Source: a virus (taxonomy: Duplodnaviria > Caudoviricetes). Taken from it: a DNA stretch of 34,678 nt. Numbering within the stretch: the stretch's first letter is position 1; every line of letters begins with the position of its first letter. Positions 23,936 to 34,010 of this stretch are shown here, in pieces. The notes under the pieces were generated by a model. It saw only the letters and a program-made list of their open reading frames with translations, did no database searches and had not been told where the DNA came from. Location of the stretch: IMG/VR virus record IMGVR_UViG_3300044507_000051, positions 1 to 34,678 of that record, one strand, 5' to 3'. The translations under genes and the position numbers were made by a program.

Positions 23936-25842
23936 TGGCAATAACCATCAGAGATGTTAGAGAGAAATACCCCCAATATGATTCTATTTCGGATGATGAA
24001 TTAGCCGACAAGCTTCATTCTAAATACTATCCAAATCTTGATAAAAAAGATTTTTATAATAGAATCGGTTTGCAATCAGAAGCTAAGCCTGAAGGATGGA
24101 AAGGTGTCGCAAAGGATATATCCCAGATACCTGGCGCTTTAGGTAAAGCAATATTCCCTGGTATTCCAAATCAAATACGCGGCATTGCATCTAACCCTGA
24201 AAGGCTTCCCGGAAATGTTTTACAAGGTATAGCTGATTTAGGACAGGCGCCAACGGCTGCCATGCCTGCATTGGCGGATTATTTAGCTTCAAAAGGGATA
24301 ATCAGTAAAGAAACAGCAGCTAAAACCCCCTTAAGGCCACCAAACATAGAGAATACCTTTAATAAAGGCCACGAAAGCGGCGACATTTTAACCCAGTTAT
24401 TGGCAGGTGGCGTAAATGTTCCTGGCGGCGTTAAAGCGGGAACACAGGCAGCTTTGAAGGGAACCCGGGCGTTAGAAAAAGGACTCAGTAAGGCAGCAAT
24501 GCCATTAAAGCCTTCCACATACATTAATAGCCCGCTATCACGAGAACAATTAGCCGCAAATTATCGAGCAGCCGAAGGTACGCAAACTCCGCTCGGAAAC
24601 ATTATTGATTCGCCTTTATTAAAAGGGTTATTTGAAAATGTAACATCAGAGGTTCCATTTTCAGGCTCTGATAAAATAACTGCAAATATAGCCAATCAAG
24701 TCAAAGGGAAAGCAAATAAATTATTTGAAGCTTCTGAAGCTGGCTTACCACCCGGCGAAAGAAGAGGTCAGTTAAAAACGGCAATTGAGGCAGCATATGA
24801 AAATCAAAAGAAAATAAAGAATGAACTTTATATGCCTGTTGATGAGATAGCAAAAGCTGAAAACTTTAAAGTTAAATTACCATCATTTAGCAAAACAGCT
24901 AAGGAATTTGAATCTCTATTTGAGAAAAGCCCCCTTGCCCAGCATGACAAAGAATTTTCCAATACATTTAATAAATTTAAAAATTATAAAAATCCATATA
25001 TTCAAAATAAATCTGAAATATTAGGGCCAAATGGGCAGCCAATTGCACATGAAAAAATTCACCCTTCAATTGCTGAAGTTAAAATGTTTGCATCTCGATT
25101 AGAAAAAGAAGCTGCGAACTATAATAAATCAAGCACTCCATCGGATAGATTTTTAGCTTCTAAATATGAAGAACTTGCCAAATCGTTACGAAATGATTTA
25201 AAACAGAATATTGAAAAAAATGGTTCTCCAGAATTAAAAAGCGCACTTTCAACTGCAGACAAAAACTATGCTGAAAACTTTTCTCAATTTCTGGATTCCG
25301 ATGTTTATAAATTCACCCAAGATTTAGATAACATGGATAATATTATTAATGAAATAGTTAAGCCCGGAAAATCAACTGATAAATATAGCCGTTTAGAAAA
25401 AATTCAAAACATATTACCTGCAGAGCAAAAGAATATCATTGGTAATGAATGGCTTAGGCGCGCTATTGATAAAGAAGGCGATCTCGATCCTAAGCAGTTT
25501 GCGAGGTTGATAGACTCTCTGGGAACTAAGCAATTCGAAGCATTATTCCCTGATGCGGCCTATAGAGAACAGTTATTAGATTATGGCCGTTTACGTGGAA
25601 TGAATGAAAAGTCGCTTAGCAGAATGGCCAATCCTTTGACGGGACAAAAGGCAATTAAACCAGCAATTATTGGAAGCCAGATAACAAATGCCATTGGGAT
25701 GGGATTGACGGGGCATCCTCTGGCGGTTATAGCTAGCTTAGTGGGGCCAGCACTGGGTTCTAAGGTATTAAATCAATATTTAACTTCTCCAGCGGTTAGA
25801 AAGAACCTAATTAAAAAATTAATGGAAAAAGCAGAATCATGA
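23935..25842 (+). CDS. Large ejection protein, gp16 position
   Basis: N-terminal REKYPQYDSISDDELAD motif; helical; C-terminal hydrophobic G/A segment. Confidence 0.72.
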   Translation: MAITIRDVREKYPQYDSISDDELADKLHSKYYPNLDKKDFYNRIGLQSEAKPEGWKGVAKDISQIPGALGKAIFPGIPNQIRGIASNPERLPGNVLQGIADLGQAPTAAMPALADYLASKGIISKETAAKTPLRPPNIENTFNKGHESGDILTQLLAGGVNVPGGVKAGTQAALKGTRALEKGLSKAAMPLKPSTYINSPLSREQLAANYRAAEGTQTPLGNIIDSPLLKGLFENVTSEVPFSGSDKITANIANQVKGKANKLFEASEAGLPPGERRGQLKTAIEAAYENQKKIKNELYMPVDEIAKAENFKVKLPSFSKTAKEFESLFEKSPLAQHDKEFSNTFNKFKNYKNPYIQNKSEILGPNGQPIAHEKIHPSIAEVKMFASRLEKEAANYNKSSTPSDRFLASKYEELAKSLRNDLKQNIEKNGSPELKSALSTADKNYAENFSQFLDSDVYKFTQDLDNMDNIINEIVKPGKSTDKYSRLEKIQNILPAEQKNIIGNEWLRRAIDKEGDLDPKQFARLIDSLGTKQFEALFPDAAYREQLLDYGRLRGMNEKSLSRMANPLTGQKAIKPAIIGSQITNAIGMGLTGHPLAVIASLVGPALGSKVLNQYLTSPAVRKNLIKKLMEKAES

Positions 25843-25844
25843 AA

Positions 25845-25973
25845 TCATCTTTTATCGAAATCCGGGCCGTAGGGTATATAAGGCCCTTCATCATAACTAG
25901 GATGATCATGAATAGCCCAGTACACCCAAAAACCTATGCAAATTGGATAAATCAAAACAATCATCCAAGACAT
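25845..25973 (-). CDS. 42-aa antisense single-TM protein (superinfection-exclusion candidate)
   Basis: AGGAG SD 7 nt before ATG 25973; TM MIVLIYPICIGFWVYWAI; fills the intergenic gap. Confidence 0.65.
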   Translation of the reverse strand: MSWMIVLIYPICIGFWVYWAIHDHPSYDEGPYIPYGPDFDKR

Positions 25974-26004
25974 AATTAAGCTCCTAAATAAAAGGTAACG
26001 GAAT

Positions 26005-28113
26005 ATGGCATTTATACGCGGCGCAAACCCAATCTGGCTTTTAGCAGATTTAACAGGAAAATTATTCGACGACACGTTCTACCTGTGGGTGTTAGAAAAC
26101 CAAATTCCTTACAACCCAGCCGTAGTATACCATGACATAGATGGTAATATCCCGTGGACATCCCCGATTCAGTTCTTAGCTAATGGCACGCTTCCTGTCG
26201 ACATTTTTTGGGATGACAACGTAGTTTATCGCCTAGAATTTCGTAAAAACAATGGAACTGCGCCCCCATCTCAGGCAGACGCTTTAATTTATTTAGTTGA
26301 AAATTATTCTCCTAATGCGACGGGCGGAACTCCATCGACAATTACGGAGTCAGCCACAAATAACCAAATTACCAATCCACAATTTGCCGAGATTAGCTTT
26401 CCTAATCCGTATGTAATTGCGGCGACAAATCCTAATTCAATTGAAGTAGCACCAGGCTGGTTTTTAGATTTAGCGGGTACAGGGACGTTAACGCTTCAAA
26501 GAGAAGCTTTGAATGACACCATTCCGACGCCTACCAATGCGCCTTATGCTCTCAGAATTGTGCTTGGTGGGGGATGGACAGGAACTCCGATATTGCGCCA
26601 AAGGTTACAGCAGAATGGTCAGCTATGGGCCAATAAATATGTAGCTACATCATTCACGGCTAGAATTGAAGGCGCATCTCAAACAATTTCGGCTTTATTG
26701 GTCGCCTCGGATGGGCAGCCATTAGGAATTTTAAAAAATGCTGTGCTCACAAATGCATTTACTGAGTTTGACGGGGAAGATTTATTACCCGCATCTACAA
26801 ATGCAAACACCCCTCCGGCTGCGTATATTGAATATAGAATTCAATTACCAACTATTTGCGACATATGGATAACTAGCTTCCAATTGATTGCCTCGTCAAC
26901 CCCGGTTAATGTTCCTTATGAACAAGATACAATTGATAGACAATTAGACCATCTCTTCCATTATTACAATCCTTTGTTGCAATACAAGCCAATTCCTTCT
27001 TATTTAACTGGATGGGATTTTCCGCTTAATCCAGCTCAATTAGGAACTGCTATTGGTCCAATTGCCACTGGAGTAAATAAATCATTTTATGCATGGGACC
27101 AAACAGTCATATTTCAAACGGTCGATAATGCAATAAGTGTTTCACGTGAAGCAACTACAGGCGCAATTGTTCTGACTGGAACGTTAGCAAGTAGCGCAGC
27201 TATTATTCAATATCTTGATGCAACTCAAGCTCGAGAAATACTTTCTGGTAGATGCGCTGTTGCAATTAAGGCAAAATCTTCTGCCACAAAGCCTATTACT
27301 ATTGGTCTTTACGCAACTAATGACGCTAATCTCCCAAGTCTTTTAGCTGGCACATATAATTCACTTGTAACGACAATTGGTGCGTCTGGCGCAATTACAG
27401 TAGGTGCTGGAGGGGTAAATGGAACATGGACAGCGTTATCGCGAAATAATCCTGGTAGTGTACAGACTTCAGTAACAACTACAGGAATTGAACAAACATT
27501 CAATGGATGGTTTGATAATACAACTACACCTAGAGTTGGAGATGCTACATTCTTTGCAATTGTAATCGGGATAGAAACATTAACATTAGGTGCAACTATT
27601 ACATTTGATTACATTTCATTAAATGCTGGTGATATTGCTACAAGACCAGCGCCACAGACGGCGGACGAAGTGCTAAGAGAATGCGAGCGGTATTATGAAA
27701 TGAGCTACGCATCGGCTACTGTTGTAAATACGGTAACATCAGTTAATGCAATTTCATTTCCTCAAAATGCAACCCAAATAAGCGGCGGGAATACATACGC
27801 ACAACCTAATGCCATGACGATATTCTTTAATTCCAAGAAACGCATTACAAATCCAACCTTATCGATATATAGCCCACAAACGGCAGGGGCTGGCGCGGGG
27901 TTTGTGTCAATGAGAGGACTGGGTGGGGCGGCACTTAATGTTGATACGGCGATTGCAAATTGGACAGTAGTTACTGGTGATAAAATATGTAATTTTATTC
28001 CAGCAGTGGATATAGTAGGAGCACCTCAGCTCACATCGGCTCCAACAACGCCTGTTGTATATTCTGCAAGTTTTCACTACATAGCAGATGCCAGACTTGG
28101 CATTGTAAATTAA
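26005..28113 (+). CDS. Tailspike-position structural protein with head-binding-like N-domain and beta-sandwich domains
   Basis: VYHDIDGNIPWTSPIQFLANG N-terminus; ECERYYE near the C-terminus. Confidence 0.75.
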   Translation: MAFIRGANPIWLLADLTGKLFDDTFYLWVLENQIPYNPAVVYHDIDGNIPWTSPIQFLANGTLPVDIFWDDNVVYRLEFRKNNGTAPPSQADALIYLVENYSPNATGGTPSTITESATNNQITNPQFAEISFPNPYVIAATNPNSIEVAPGWFLDLAGTGTLTLQREALNDTIPTPTNAPYALRIVLGGGWTGTPILRQRLQQNGQLWANKYVATSFTARIEGASQTISALLVASDGQPLGILKNAVLTNAFTEFDGEDLLPASTNANTPPAAYIEYRIQLPTICDIWITSFQLIASSTPVNVPYEQDTIDRQLDHLFHYYNPLLQYKPIPSYLTGWDFPLNPAQLGTAIGPIATGVNKSFYAWDQTVIFQTVDNAISVSREATTGAIVLTGTLASSAAIIQYLDATQAREILSGRCAVAIKAKSSATKPITIGLYATNDANLPSLLAGTYNSLVTTIGASGAITVGAGGVNGTWTALSRNNPGSVQTSVTTTGIEQTFNGWFDNTTTPRVGDATFFAIVIGIETLTLGATITFDYISLNAGDIATRPAPQTADEVLRECERYYEMSYASATVVNTVTSVNAISFPQNATQISGGNTYAQPNAMTIFFNSKKRITNPTLSIYSPQTAGAGAGFVSMRGLGGAALNVDTAIANWTVVTGDKICNFIPAVDIVGAPQLTSAPTTPVVYSASFHYIADARLGIVN

Positions 28114-28125
28114 TAAGGAAATAAA

Positions 28126-28473
28126 ATGGCAATTGCATATGCGAGTAATTACGACTTAACCATCCCATTTTCTGATGTGTGCGCGCAAATGGCGCTAGCA
28201 ACAGGTGTGGCACAGACTTACACGGTTCCAGGGCCAGCTACCACTAAATATTCTGTCAGATTTGGTTACATTTCGACATCCAATGTATTTGTTAGACTAA
28301 ATGGTGCTCCTGCATCACCGGGCGCTGGCTTAATCACGCAAACCCAATACTCAGAATTCAGACCAGGCGCTGATGGCTCGCAAAGATATGCTAACGGCGG
28401 AGATGTGATACAATTTATCACTCCAGATGCCTCGGCCTATGTAGGCATTTCGCTAAGACAGTTACCATCATAA
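28126..28473 (+). CDS. Small beta-rich virion protein
   Basis: TAAGGA SD; late operon. Confidence 0.7.
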   Translation: MAIAYASNYDLTIPFSDVCAQMALATGVAQTYTVPGPATTKYSVRFGYISTSNVFVRLNGAPASPGAGLITQTQYSEFRPGADGSQRYANGGDVIQFITPDASAYVGISLRQLPS

Positions 28474-28484
28474 GGGAATAGCAA

Positions 28485-29843
28485 ATGGTATTTACACGGA
28501 AATTTTCAGAATTCCCGGCGGGAACACTTAGCGAATCTGTTGGCCTTGCGGCAGGCGCAAATACGCGTGGTCCTGGCGGCGGTGGTGGTTCTGGCAGCGT
28601 TACCACAACGATAACAGGCGCAACGGCAGGTCTTGCAGTTGGCAAATGGGTCCGTGTAAATAACGTGAGCGCTTATGTTCCAGGTCTTGCCGATACCGCA
28701 GAAAACGCAGAAATAGCTGGCGTTGTCCTTAATATTCTTAGTCCTACACAATTCGTTTTGCAGCAAGCTGGATATATACCACCTGGAACACCTGGATTTG
28801 TTGGATTTGTCCCTAATCAGATATATTTCTTGAGCGATTTAAGTGCTGGTGATGCAACTCAAACTCCTACTACTACAAATGGACATGTTAGAAAGCCAGT
28901 TTTCATGTCAGATGGACCTGATAGTGGTTGGGTTATATGTTTAGAAACAGGAATGGTTATGGGCTCTCCTGGTCCAATTCCATCTTCAGGCCCTGCTCCT
29001 AGTGATACGGTAAATTTTCATACAATTTCTCAGCCTGGAAATACATTTGCGATTGGTAACTGGGTTCATGTAACGGCTGATAATGTTTATTCATTAGCAA
29101 GCGGTGCTAATTTTGCGGCTTCACAAAGCGTTGGAGTTGTAACTGTAAATGGCAACCCTAATTTTACAATTCAATTTTCAGGACATAATTCAGCCACTGT
29201 TGTTGGCGCTGTTGATGCTGTTGGCGCTCCGATAGCACTTGTTGCTGGAACAACATATTATTTATCAGATGTTGTTCCAGGAGCAATATCACCCATTGCG
29301 CCAACGGCTGTTGGTTCATCATCTAAACCAGTTTTTATAAGTGAAAGCGTTATAAGTGGAACAGGATGGGTATTGCCTCAAAAGCCAACTCTTATAACTG
29401 GAACAGGAACATCAAGTTTAAAACAATTTATACATCAAAGTTTTACTACACCAACAAATACTGTAATTCCAGCTGCTACATGGACAAATGTCCCTGGAAT
29501 GACAGCAACAATTACTCCAATAAATATTGCTAATGTTATTAAGATAAGCGCTCAAGTAAATGGCGGTGTTAGTTCAAATGCTGACAGAAGATATTCTAGA
29601 ATAACTAGAAATGGGGTTCCTGTAGGAATAGGCGTTGGCTTGCCTTTGCAGGTTTATGATAGTCCTTTAACAAATAGTTTCTCATATACTTTTTTAATAG
29701 TTGATACTCCTGCTAGCATTCTTCCGCAAACATATCAAATACAATTTTATAGTACCGTAGGCAATAATTTGCAAACATGTACTGATGCTGTAAATTCAGC
29801 TTCATTTTATTCTCTTATAACACTTGAGGAAATAGGGGTTTAA
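28485..29843 (+). CDS. Tail fibre/appendage protein with two internal repeats
   Basis: Two copies of GxWVxV...A...GVV...YxLSD...G...P...KPVF...GWV. Confidence 0.75.
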   Translation: MVFTRKFSEFPAGTLSESVGLAAGANTRGPGGGGGSGSVTTTITGATAGLAVGKWVRVNNVSAYVPGLADTAENAEIAGVVLNILSPTQFVLQQAGYIPPGTPGFVGFVPNQIYFLSDLSAGDATQTPTTTNGHVRKPVFMSDGPDSGWVICLETGMVMGSPGPIPSSGPAPSDTVNFHTISQPGNTFAIGNWVHVTADNVYSLASGANFAASQSVGVVTVNGNPNFTIQFSGHNSATVVGAVDAVGAPIALVAGTTYYLSDVVPGAISPIAPTAVGSSSKPVFISESVISGTGWVLPQKPTLITGTGTSSLKQFIHQSFTTPTNTVIPAATWTNVPGMTATITPINIANVIKISAQVNGGVSSNADRRYSRITRNGVPVGIGVGLPLQVYDSPLTNSFSYTFLIVDTPASILPQTYQIQFYSTVGNNLQTCTDAVNSASFYSLITLEEIGV

Positions 29844-29844
29844 T

Positions 29845-30585
29845 ATGTCATTTACAGCTTTGCAATTAAATACTAATGCCTTATACCAACCAGTTAACAA
29901 GGTTGCTCATGGATTTTCAATTGGAGACGTGCTCAGATTTAACGGTGTAGATTTTGTTAAGGCAGATGGTTCTTCAGTGGCAAATGCAGCTGTTGTTGGA
30001 ATAGTATCTAGCATCCCAGATGCTAATTCTTATTATATTACTCAAGCAGGATTTGTTTCAGGGCTAACAACTACTCCTACTGAAGGCGGATTGTTTATTG
30101 CCGGAACAAGTTATTACCTCAGTCAAACACCTGGTCAATTAACTGCTATAAGACCGGTAACTGTTGGTCAAGTTGATTTGCTCTGTTACATAGCTTATAC
30201 GGCTACAAGTGGATTTTTCTTTACTGGCGATGGTCAGTTAATAGAACCTGCAACAGTTTTCGCATGGTCCACAATAGTCGGCAATACGGTAACTTTATCA
30301 AATAATGGCTATATCATTAATAATGCTGGACCATTAACTTTAACATTACCGGCGATTCCGGCAGTTGGAGACATTGTCAAAGTCTCAACATTGGTTGCTT
30401 CGCAATTAACTGTTAATTATGCGGCAGGATATACAATTACATTAGTTGATGTAACCTCAACAATAACGACTGGAAACGTTGCGTTAGATTTTACAAACGG
30501 TATAAGAATGGGACAAGCAACATTTTTATATCAGGGTTCCGGTAATTGGCGAATGGCGGCAGATGGCAATTGGATTGTGACATAA
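29845..30585 (+). CDS. Tail appendage protein: third repeat copy plus TLTLP..P.VGD domain
   Basis: HGFSIGDVL...VGIV...YYLSQTPG; NNGY...LTLTLPAIPAVGDIV. Confidence 0.72.
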   Translation: MSFTALQLNTNALYQPVNKVAHGFSIGDVLRFNGVDFVKADGSSVANAAVVGIVSSIPDANSYYITQAGFVSGLTTTPTEGGLFIAGTSYYLSQTPGQLTAIRPVTVGQVDLLCYIAYTATSGFFFTGDGQLIEPATVFAWSTIVGNTVTLSNNGYIINNAGPLTLTLPAIPAVGDIVKVSTLVASQLTVNYAAGYTITLVDVTSTITTGNVALDFTNGIRMGQATFLYQGSGNWRMAADGNWIVT

Positions 30586-30594
30586 GGAAATAAA

Positions 30595-31179
30595 ATGCCA
30601 ACAAGTAAAAATGGCTCTGGCTTAAACAATCCAGTTAGCGTAACGCAAGGCGGTACAGGTTTAGCAGCTACAACTCAAAATCAATTATTATATTCTTCAG
30701 CGGCTAATACAATTACAGGATTGGCTACGGCTAATAGCTCTGTTTTAGTAACAAGTGCTGGAGGTGTTCCTTCATTAAGTACCGTATTACCAAATGGCGT
30801 TACCGCCACAACTCAAGCCGCTGCCGATAATACAACCAAAGTCGCTACGACTGCTTACGTTGATGCGGCTGTTGCAGGCGGTGTCGGCACGATCATGAAT
30901 ACTTATGTTACATTTACAATAACTGCCGGAACACCAACAATTCAAAGCAGCTTAAATGTGTCATCAATAACAGATGGCGGAGTGGGAATTAATACCATTA
31001 ACTTTACTGCAGCTTATGCCAACGCTAATTATAAAATTGCAGGAATATGCGGGGATACCGCTAGAAATGGCGATTCAATGGATTGGTGCACAAGAGCTAC
31101 AAATAATACACAAATTAGAACTGGAACACCTACTGCATTGACAGATCTCGCCAACAACTCCGTTATGATATTTGCGTGA
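30595..31179 (+). CDS. Tail fibre (distal) protein
   Basis: VTQGGTG, DNTTKVATTAYV fibre repeat, NVSSITDxGxG C-domain. Confidence 0.8.
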   Translation: MPTSKNGSGLNNPVSVTQGGTGLAATTQNQLLYSSAANTITGLATANSSVLVTSAGGVPSLSTVLPNGVTATTQAAADNTTKVATTAYVDAAVAGGVGTIMNTYVTFTITAGTPTIQSSLNVSSITDGGVGINTINFTAAYANANYKIAGICGDTARNGDSMDWCTRATNNTQIRTGTPTALTDLANNSVMIFA

Positions 31180-31186
31180 GGGTAAA

Positions 31187-31636
31187 ATGAGCCAAATAAT
31201 TATTTATAATGTTCCTATTTCTGAAGATTGCCCAAGTGGAGTTAGCATCGATATTCCTTCGGGAGAAATATCACATGATGAAATCATAAAAAAACTTCAT
31301 CCACAAGCATCTAACGTTAAAATTGTAGGTCGAGATACTATTCCGCAAGATAGATATTTTCGTGATGCATGGAAACATAATGGAGAAACCATTGATGTTG
31401 ATATGATAAGAGGAAAATCACTTCATATTAACAAACTTAGAAGCATTCGTGATAAAAAATTATTAGCATTAGATGCTGAATATATGAAGGCGCTAGAAAA
31501 ATCTGATAAATCATCTATTGACTCAATCTCTAAATTGAAACAATCACTTAGAGATATGCCGACAGATGCTATATTTGATTCTGCAAAAACCCCTGATGAA
31601 TTGAAAAATATAATCCCAACTTATTTGAGAGAATAA
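31187..31636 (+). CDS. Tail fibre assembly chaperone
   Basis: PQDRYFRDAW, LRxIRDxxLxxLD, KQSLRDMP; GAGG SD before ATG 31187. Confidence 0.85.
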   Translation: MSQIIIYNVPISEDCPSGVSIDIPSGEISHDEIIKKLHPQASNVKIVGRDTIPQDRYFRDAWKHNGETIDVDMIRGKSLHINKLRSIRDKKLLALDAEYMKALEKSDKSSIDSISKLKQSLRDMPTDAIFDSAKTPDELKNIIPTYLRE

Positions 31637-31641
31637 GTTTC

Positions 31642-31728
31642 GACAATGACGTTTCTTCACGAGTGGCAGGTTCAAACGGTGGCAATGATGAAAGTGGTAT
31701 AGTTATTATTAGTGTGTCAATGCTTTAA
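31642..31728 (+). pseudogene. Relic C-terminus of a glycine-rich tail-fibre domain
   Basis: Startless frame reading ...VAGSNGGNDESGIVIISVSML*. Confidence 0.4.
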
Positions 31729-31765
31729 TGAATAAATGATCTTAACCCAACAGAGGATTAATAAT

Positions 31766-32644
31766 ATGTCATTTCAATTACAAAACATAACTCTTTGGAG
31801 CCAAAGAGATATCACGGCGCCAGCTGGTCTTCCACAATGGTGGGGATATTTATCTACTGTAGATAATGTGGCGACAGTTTCGGCAGCAGGATATTTCAAT
31901 CTTGACCCTACTCTTGAAATAGAATTCACAACATTTCACATCGGCGATTTGTTTTACTGCGTTTGTACAGATGGCATTGTTGAATTGCAAATTACTGCAT
32001 TAACTCCAAATATTACAACAGTAGCATTTTCTATCGCTGCGGGATCGGTTACTACTGCATCAATTGCGAATCTAGCAGTTACTGCTGCTAAAATTGCGAA
32101 TGGAACTATTACTACTACGCAAATTAGCCCTACAGCTGCTATCACTGGAAGTCAATTAGCTGTCGGCGCAGGGATTTTAGGAACACAATTAACAAACAAT
32201 ACAATTACTGCTACGCAACTTGCTTTGTCTGTTCCTCAAGTTATCAGCGTCCCTATTTCATCTGCAAATTTTAAAACAGCATTTACAGCAGGCATTGCAT
32301 GTATCCCAGCTGCTGGGCCTAATACATTAATTGTTGTGAATAGTGTTACTTATAGTTTTAATTTCCTAACAGCATCTTATACTCTTGGTGGGGCTGTTGG
32401 CCTTCAATATTCTACTGCTGCACCGGTTAATGCTGCAGGATTTGCGGCTAGTTCTACAGTAGCAGCAGCAACTGTAAATGGATTAGCGGCTGCGGGCTAT
32501 ATTACCGAACCTGGTTCTTTAGCGATTGCTTCAGCCGCTCAAGTTGTCAATCAAGGTGTATGGTTAACTGTTGCCACACAAAACTTTGCTACTGGCGCAG
32601 GTTCTGTTGTTGCAAATATTTCATATCAAGTTGTTACCGTTTAA
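31766..32644 (+). CDS. Head fibre/decoration-like protein, paralog 1
   Basis: DNVATVSAAGYF N-domain, GTITTTQI-type repeats, C-domain shared with 33221 and 34011; GAGGA SD before ATG 31766. Confidence 0.7.
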   Translation: MSFQLQNITLWSQRDITAPAGLPQWWGYLSTVDNVATVSAAGYFNLDPTLEIEFTTFHIGDLFYCVCTDGIVELQITALTPNITTVAFSIAAGSVTTASIANLAVTAAKIANGTITTTQISPTAAITGSQLAVGAGILGTQLTNNTITATQLALSVPQVISVPISSANFKTAFTAGIACIPAAGPNTLIVVNSVTYSFNFLTASYTLGGAVGLQYSTAAPVNAAGFAASSTVAAATVNGLAAAGYITEPGSLAIASAAQVVNQGVWLTVATQNFATGAGSVVANISYQVVTV

Positions 32645-32656
32645 AGGATTTTAATA

Positions 32657-32842
32657 ATGGCAAAATCAATGAAATTGGGAGGCGGTGGCCGCTTCCAAAA
32701 AATGGAATCAGCTCTTGAGAGAAAAGGGTATTCTGAAGAGTCAGCAAAAGCCATAACTGCAAGTGCTGGTCGCAAAAGCCTTGGCGATGCCAAGATGAAT
32801 AAGTTGGCTGCCGCTGGTCGCAAACGTGCAGAAAAGAAATAA
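32657..32842 (+). CDS. 61-aa basic protein
   Basis: AAGGA SD; GRF...AKAITASAGRKSLG...AAAGRKR. Confidence 0.75.
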   Translation: MAKSMKLGGGGRFQKMESALERKGYSEESAKAITASAGRKSLGDAKMNKLAAAGRKRAEKK

Positions 32843-32851
32843 GGAAATAAA

Positions 32852-32986
32852 ATGCCTAAAATTACCAAAACCCATTTAAAGGGTGACAAAAAAGACGAAA
32901 AGATTATTAAGAAATCTGCTGAAAGAATTGAGCATAGCGCTGAACGAATGGATAAGCGTGACAAAAAGGTTTCAAAGAAAAAATAA
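32852..32986 (+). CDS. 44-aa Lys-rich peptide (MPKITKTHLKGDKKDEK...VSKKK)
   Basis: Not in ORF track; TAAGGAAATAAAATG start context. Confidence 0.7.
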   Translation: MPKITKTHLKGDKKDEKIIKKSAERIEHSAERMDKRDKKVSKKK

Positions 32987-32995
32987 GGAATTAAC

Positions 32996-33202
32996 ATGGC
33001 TAACAAAGAAGATAAGATGACTTTTGTAAACACTCCAAATGCCGACCGAGACAGAAAAGGCCATTCTGGATATAATGAAGAAATTGATGAATGTAAAAAA
33101 GCAAGAAATACACAGAGAAATGATACCAATCCTATGATTCAAAAAGAAGGGTTTTTAGGCGTTGATGACATTGATAGATTGAGACGCAGAACTACATATT
33201 GA
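32996..33202 (+). CDS. 68-aa charged disordered protein
   Basis: TAAGGA SD. Confidence 0.72.
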   Translation: MANKEDKMTFVNTPNADRDRKGHSGYNEEIDECKKARNTQRNDTNPMIQKEGFLGVDDIDRLRRRTTY

Positions 33203-33220
33203 CTGTAAATAGGAATCAAA

Positions 33221-33991
33221 ATGGCAATAACTAACATATCTAGGGATTGGGGCGTTAGTCCTTCAATAGTAAGAATCATAACAACAGACAATCTTGCGAC
33301 AATTACGACAAATGGTTACGTTTCTGCTCAATTGAATAATATCAATACTATTCAGCACGGGACATTTGAATGGACTAATTCCGATAGTGTCTTAATTTCC
33401 TATAATGGCGGCGAAGGCTATTTTACCTATGACTCAATAAATAAAACATTTGTTGCAGCCGGCGCGGCCCTTCCTGCATTAACATCTTCTCATATATTTG
33501 TTGGTAATGCTGGTAATGTCGCAACAGATGTTGCCATGACGGGCGATGTTACGATTAGCAATACTGGCGTAACTAGCAATAATCCATCATTGATAAAATA
33601 TGTTTCAATTCCAATTTCTTCAGCGCAATGGAAAGCTATGCCAGCGCCAGGAATTTTACTAGTTGCTGCACAGGGCCCTCATACTATAATCATGGTAGAA
33701 ACAATTGATATAGAGATGCTTTATAACACGATAGCATATGCAGCGGGTTCTCCTGTTGGTGCACAATATGGCGCCCCAGTTTTTAGTGATGGGGCATCTA
33801 CTACAAGAGGTGCCGGTGATATTAATGTTGCCTACAATGTAATTAATAGCATTGCACCATTAGCTGGTCAAATTTTTGCGCCAAATGCTGTTAATGTTCC
33901 ATTATATCTTTCTTGCGGGGCTGCCTATACAACAGGAAATAGTAATTTTGTTGCACATGTCAGATATTACGTATTAAATACTATAGTTTAA
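33221..33991 (+). CDS. Head fibre/decoration-like protein, paralog 2
   Basis: MAITNISRDWG N-domain; IFVGN...MTGDVTISNTG spacer; shared C-domain. Confidence 0.7.
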   Translation: MAITNISRDWGVSPSIVRIITTDNLATITTNGYVSAQLNNINTIQHGTFEWTNSDSVLISYNGGEGYFTYDSINKTFVAAGAALPALTSSHIFVGNAGNVATDVAMTGDVTISNTGVTSNNPSLIKYVSIPISSAQWKAMPAPGILLVAAQGPHTIIMVETIDIEMLYNTIAYAAGSPVGAQYGAPVFSDGASTTRGAGDINVAYNVINSIAPLAGQIFAPNAVNVPLYLSCGAAYTTGNSNFVAHVRYYVLNTIV

Positions 33992-34010
33992 CTTATAAGG
34001 AAATAAAATA

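Noticed and set aside
12271-33129. Antisense or alternate-frame ORFs within late genes (e.g. 12271..12564, 15580..15906, 22258..22764, 32641..33129)
   Set aside because: Shadows of well-supported genes, lacking SDs and motifs
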